Positions 59,813-64,000 of a stretch of 64,000 nt of DNA are shown here, one piece after another. Positions within the stretch are counted from its first letter, which is position 1. Every line of letters starts with the position of its first letter. The translations under genes and the position numbers were made by a program. The stretch lies in NCBI GenBank assembly GCA_030704615.1, contig CM060734.1:25296001-25360000 (forward strand), given 5' to 3'. The DNA is from Takakia lepidozioides (lineage: Eukaryota > Plantae > Bryophyta). Below the pieces are notes generated by a model. That model saw only the letters and a list, made by a program, of their open reading frames with translations, did not search any database and was not told the origin of the DNA.

Positions 59813-62800
59813 TGTTAATGATTGGTAGTTGGATAGTTGCAACCTTTGAGATTCTCAACGAAGAGACTACGCTTACCCAACAAGTTTATTTCGCGCGTGC
59901 GAACAGCACGGACCTCCCCGCCCCCGCCGCTCCCCAGGACCCCGCCGGCCCCGGACCCCGGCCCGCTTATATACTTCGCGCCGGCCATCCGTTTCACGAT
60001 CTCCCGGGTAGCTCCATGATCTCCCGGGTAGCTCCATGGTCGTCCCTCGCATCCACCTGCATTCACATCTGAAGCAGAAGGGTAGACGACTGAAGCCGGT
60101 TCGATCCCGCGCGCTCCCGCGCCTCATGATTTCTTCCGCTCCCCTGCGCCGCTGCTCCCCGCTCCCCTCCGTCTTCCCCGCTCCCCTCCCGCGCCGTGAC
60201 CCCTTTTCCCTCTTGCTGCGCGACCCCGCTCCCCTCCTGCGCTGCCCCCCTGCTCCCCTCACCAAGGCCCCCCGCTCGCCTCCCGCGCGGTCCCCGGCCC
60301 CCTCCACCTCCCGCTCCCCTCCCGCACTGCTCCCCCGCTCCCCGATCACCGCTCCCCACTATATACTCAGCCCATTACATACTCAGCGCCGGCAATTCGA
60401 TTCTCGATCGGTCGTGTAGTCTGTTGGTCATCCCGCGTATCCGCCTTCGAGCAGCTCCCCGGTTCGATACCCAGCCGACCCTGCGCCAAATAATTCTTCT
60501 GCACCCCTCCGCGCACCGCTCCCTCGCAAGGGCTCCCCGCTCCCCTTCGGCACCGCTCCCCTGCTCCCCTCGCGAGGGCTCCTCGCTCCCCTTCAGCGCC
60601 ACTCCCCTGCTCCCCTCGCGAGGCCTCCTTGCTCCCCTTTGGCACCGCTCCCCTTCTTCCCCGCTCCCCCATCATCCGCTCCCCGCTCCCCTTCCGAGCC
60701 CCTTATATACTCAGCACCGGCAATTCGATTCTCGACATGTCTTGTAGCCCAGTGGTCGTCTTGCGGATCCGCCTTCGAGCCACTCCCCGGTTCGATCCCA
60801 GCCAACCCTGCGCCGTATAATTCTTCTGCTCCCCTCCGCGCCCCGCTCCCCTCCCCTGGTACCCTCGCGGGGTCGCTCCCCTCCATCGACCCCGCTCCCC
60901 CGCCCACCGCTCCCCCCTCCCTCCCGTCGTGTCCCGCTCCCCTCTTGCGCCGGTCCCCCGCTCTCCTTCTGACGTGCTCCCCCGGTCGTCTTACCCCCTC
61001 ATGTGGTGCTCCCCCGAACCGCCCCTCCGTGCTGTACTTAGGATCCGCTCCCCTCCTCCCCGGCTCCCCTGCTGCTCCATGACTATAGTGTCGTTGCAAT
61101 GGCGCTCCCCTGTTGGCGCTCCCGTATCATGACACGTACTAGTGACGTATTGGTGGCGCGACGGATGGGTTGTGACAGCTTCCCGGCCCATCGTGTCTTC
61201 CCGCTCCCCGTCTTCTTTGCAGCACTTTCAGCCGATCTTGTCTTCTGCTTTTGCAAACCCTTGCGTATCTCTTCCGCTCGTCATTTTCTGAAGCTTCCTT
61301 GATTACTTTGTGAGTGCAACGGTATAGGTTGGATTTGAAATATGGCCGGGAAGCCTCCTCGGCCTCCTACACCTGGAATGGGGCTGTTTTTGCATGTTAA
61401 CCAGAAGAAAGAGAATACCTTTCTGGTATACTCCGGATGAGTGGGATGAGATGGTGGCCGAGGCGGCTGTCGATTTGAGGGCTGTTGGGAAGGGGAAGGG
61501 GAATCATAGGGATCCTTACTTTTGCAAATATTGTGGTGTTATAAAGAAGGATAAGAGCCGGTTGAACCGGCATGTCCTTGATGGTGACGCCTGTCCACGG
61601 GCACCGCCAGATTGCCCATGAGCAAGACATCTACTGAGGACAAAGCTGTTGTGTTGAGGATGCGTGGTCTAAATCCTGTCCCTCGACCCATTCCTGCAAA
61701 CGAATTGAAACAAAACAAGAGATCTGCAAGCATGAAGAGGGTGAGTTGCAAAGCAATTGCAACAGCATCTGAGCGCCCTAAGAGGAAACACGACGGTTCG
61801 ACGAACAATATCCCAAGGAAGAAATTTGTGAAGGGAGCGGGGCATTCTGCACAGGTTCGCGGCAATGATAGGGTGCGGGAGGACAAAATCCCTACACAGG
61901 AAGACAGGCTTCATGACAGAGCAGGGGAGCCATCAGAGGGGAGCAGAGGTACGGAGGTAGGTGCTACATCTTTGCGGAAGGAGCTGATAGAAAGTATAGT
62001 AGTCTGCAAATCCCCTCTCACCACCATTTCCATTGCCAAATTCTCCAAATGAGCTGGCATAAAAATTCCCAATCGTCCTCAAAATCGATGGGTTCCTCTG
62101 CCCCATTGAAAGCTGCCTTCAGGATATCGCTATCATACAAATACCCATGACTAAGACTGTCGGCATGACATACATCCACCCAATATACAAGAATATGGCT
62201 CCCCAACAGATATGGAGCTTGCACCGAGACATCCCTCAATCGCTCTAACTCCTCCAATTGAGCAGTTCATGTATTCTGCAAGGTCGCCATTTCTGCCTCC
62301 GCCATAGCTTTTTACTTGTTCAGATCATCCTCCAACTTCACATATTGCTCCTCAGGATTCATCGATGTAGGAGGTCGCTTCTCCAATTCAACATTTTGCT
62401 GCCGAGCCTCCGTCAATTGCTTGTCCAATTCAACAATTCGAGCATCATTGTGCTGTGATCGCTCCATTTGCATAACAGCCTCCTTTTCGGCAATAGTCTT
62501 AAGATACCGAACGTCCCATGCCTTCCATTGCTCTCTCAAATCCTCAACCTCCCTGGCATCTGCGTCTGTCTTTTTCTTCAACTCATCCCAGCCTTTCTGC
62601 AATTGCTGACTGTGCGATAGAGTTGCAGCATGGCTAACTCTCAAATCGATCAATTCTTTGCACGCATCATCATTATCGATGGCCTCTGCTGCTACCACCT
62701 GCAGACCAGCAACCAAATCGCGGAGTCTGGCTGAAAAAGAAGGGTTTGTTTGGCTACCCACATCCTTTCCTGTCGAAGGAACAATTGCAGTAACAGTATT

Positions 62801-64000
62801 GACTGTCGCAGGAGCTGCAGACTTCTCTCTCGCTGCACTCGTCTCTGGCTTATCGATTATTGCAACATCAGGTTCATCAGAAGGTGGCACTACCAATCGA
62901 TGACCAAGGATCATAGACAAATAAGTTGCAGAGAGCAAGCCATCAGTCTTTCCGGCTCTCCTCTTAGCTAACAACTCTTCATGGATCTTTCCACACAAGA
63001 ACTCAGTCCAATTGATTCGCAATCCCTGAAAGGTTGCCACCATAGAATTCAATTGAGTCCTAGCCACGTATGTGGCCCTCTTCAGACTTAATCGACTCAC
63101 CGCAAATTTCAACCATTCCATCAAATCGGGTCTCTTCACCTTCTGAATTGTCCATCCGCCACTCTGATTGTAAGCAGTAGGACCTCCCGTGAAGTAATTG
63201 TCTGTATTAAAACTTGCATCTTTAAAACCATCGACCTCCTGCTCCGCTCCAGGCAATCATAACACCTCTGTAATCATCGGCTCATCAACCACAGTCTCCA
63301 CTCCATTGACTATTCCACTTCGCCTGAGAGGATCATAGGAATTGTAGTACTGCATAACCACTGACATAAGCGGTTTCGGCAAATCATTCCACAAAACAAT
63401 GAAGTCATGTACTCCTGCTTCCCTCCACTTCCTCTGCTACTCTCCATCGCCCAAAACTGAAGAAATGTCGCAAAGCTTCATGTCTGTCCCTACCATAGAA
63501 ACTGTTGGCAACAATTTGTTGCTCTTCGATCGCCCCATTGTATGCACACAGATTGATACACAATCACTCTTCCTCTTAGCCCTCTCAGTACCTACAAAAC
63601 GCAACCTCGCAGCCCGTCGCTTACACTCTCAAGTCCCGTGAACAAAAAATGAAAATCGAAAAAACGATGACACCTCAATGACAGTAGCGGCCCCACTCCT
63701 ATCCATTGATCATGATGGCTTAAACCTAACAGCTGTCACTATCTGGTGTAATCGGCAGTTCGTAATGAATACCCCTAACCATCTCTCATAATTGTTCTTT
63801 CTCTGCCACCTGAACTATACAGTCTGACCCTAACCATTCATGATGATATTGTACCATTATCGTTTTAAAAGACTCCATTTTAAAAGACCCCCACACCCCC
63901 CCACACTTAACCTAGATTCTGCCCTCCGAATTGCTAGGAATAATATAGTTTAGGCCGATCGCCATTAATGCGGGTATCCGATGGGTCTCCAAAAATCGTA
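59813..64000 (-). mobile_element. Probable LTR retrotransposon segment with a GC-skewed repeat region (59900-61100) and an accessory coiled-coil ORF (62312-63256)
   Basis: TG start at 59813, repeated gctcccc modules, a 314-aa ORF with a coiled-coil C-terminus, and TTAAGTGTGGGG on the minus strand near 63900. No core domain lies in the window. Confidence 0.45.

Noticed and set aside
59873-61132. Many Pro/Arg/Gly-rich ORFs
   Set aside because: They are by-products of GC-skewed low-complexity repeats.

Overview
Repeat-rich eukaryotic genomic DNA, probably from a non-seed land plant. This is inferred from the PLS-class PPR remnants, spliced genes and TE types; the species cannot be determined. 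The only clearly intact host gene is an 18-exon U2AF65 splicing factor gene (43568-56791, +). The rest is nested mobile DNA. (1) Four copies or fragments of a Ty3/Gypsy family whose polyprotein carries a DNMT3/DRM-like C5-cytosine methyltransferase between protease and RT, and a PHD finger after integrase. Its termini are permuted ([B]-internal-[X]-GC-[B']-T-[X], or [B]-internal-[X] with a 4-bp TSD), and it has a self-complementary, Tf1-like PBS. (2) A TIR-bounded MULE-like DNA transposon and a second transposon-derived insert, each carrying a spliced bacterial-type beta-class N4/N6 DNA methyltransferase-like gene, with a third partial homologue at the start of the window. (3) LINE, SINE, hAT and CACTA remnants, and PPR pseudogenes. 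Coordinates were read by eye, and the boundaries of degenerate elements are approximate.
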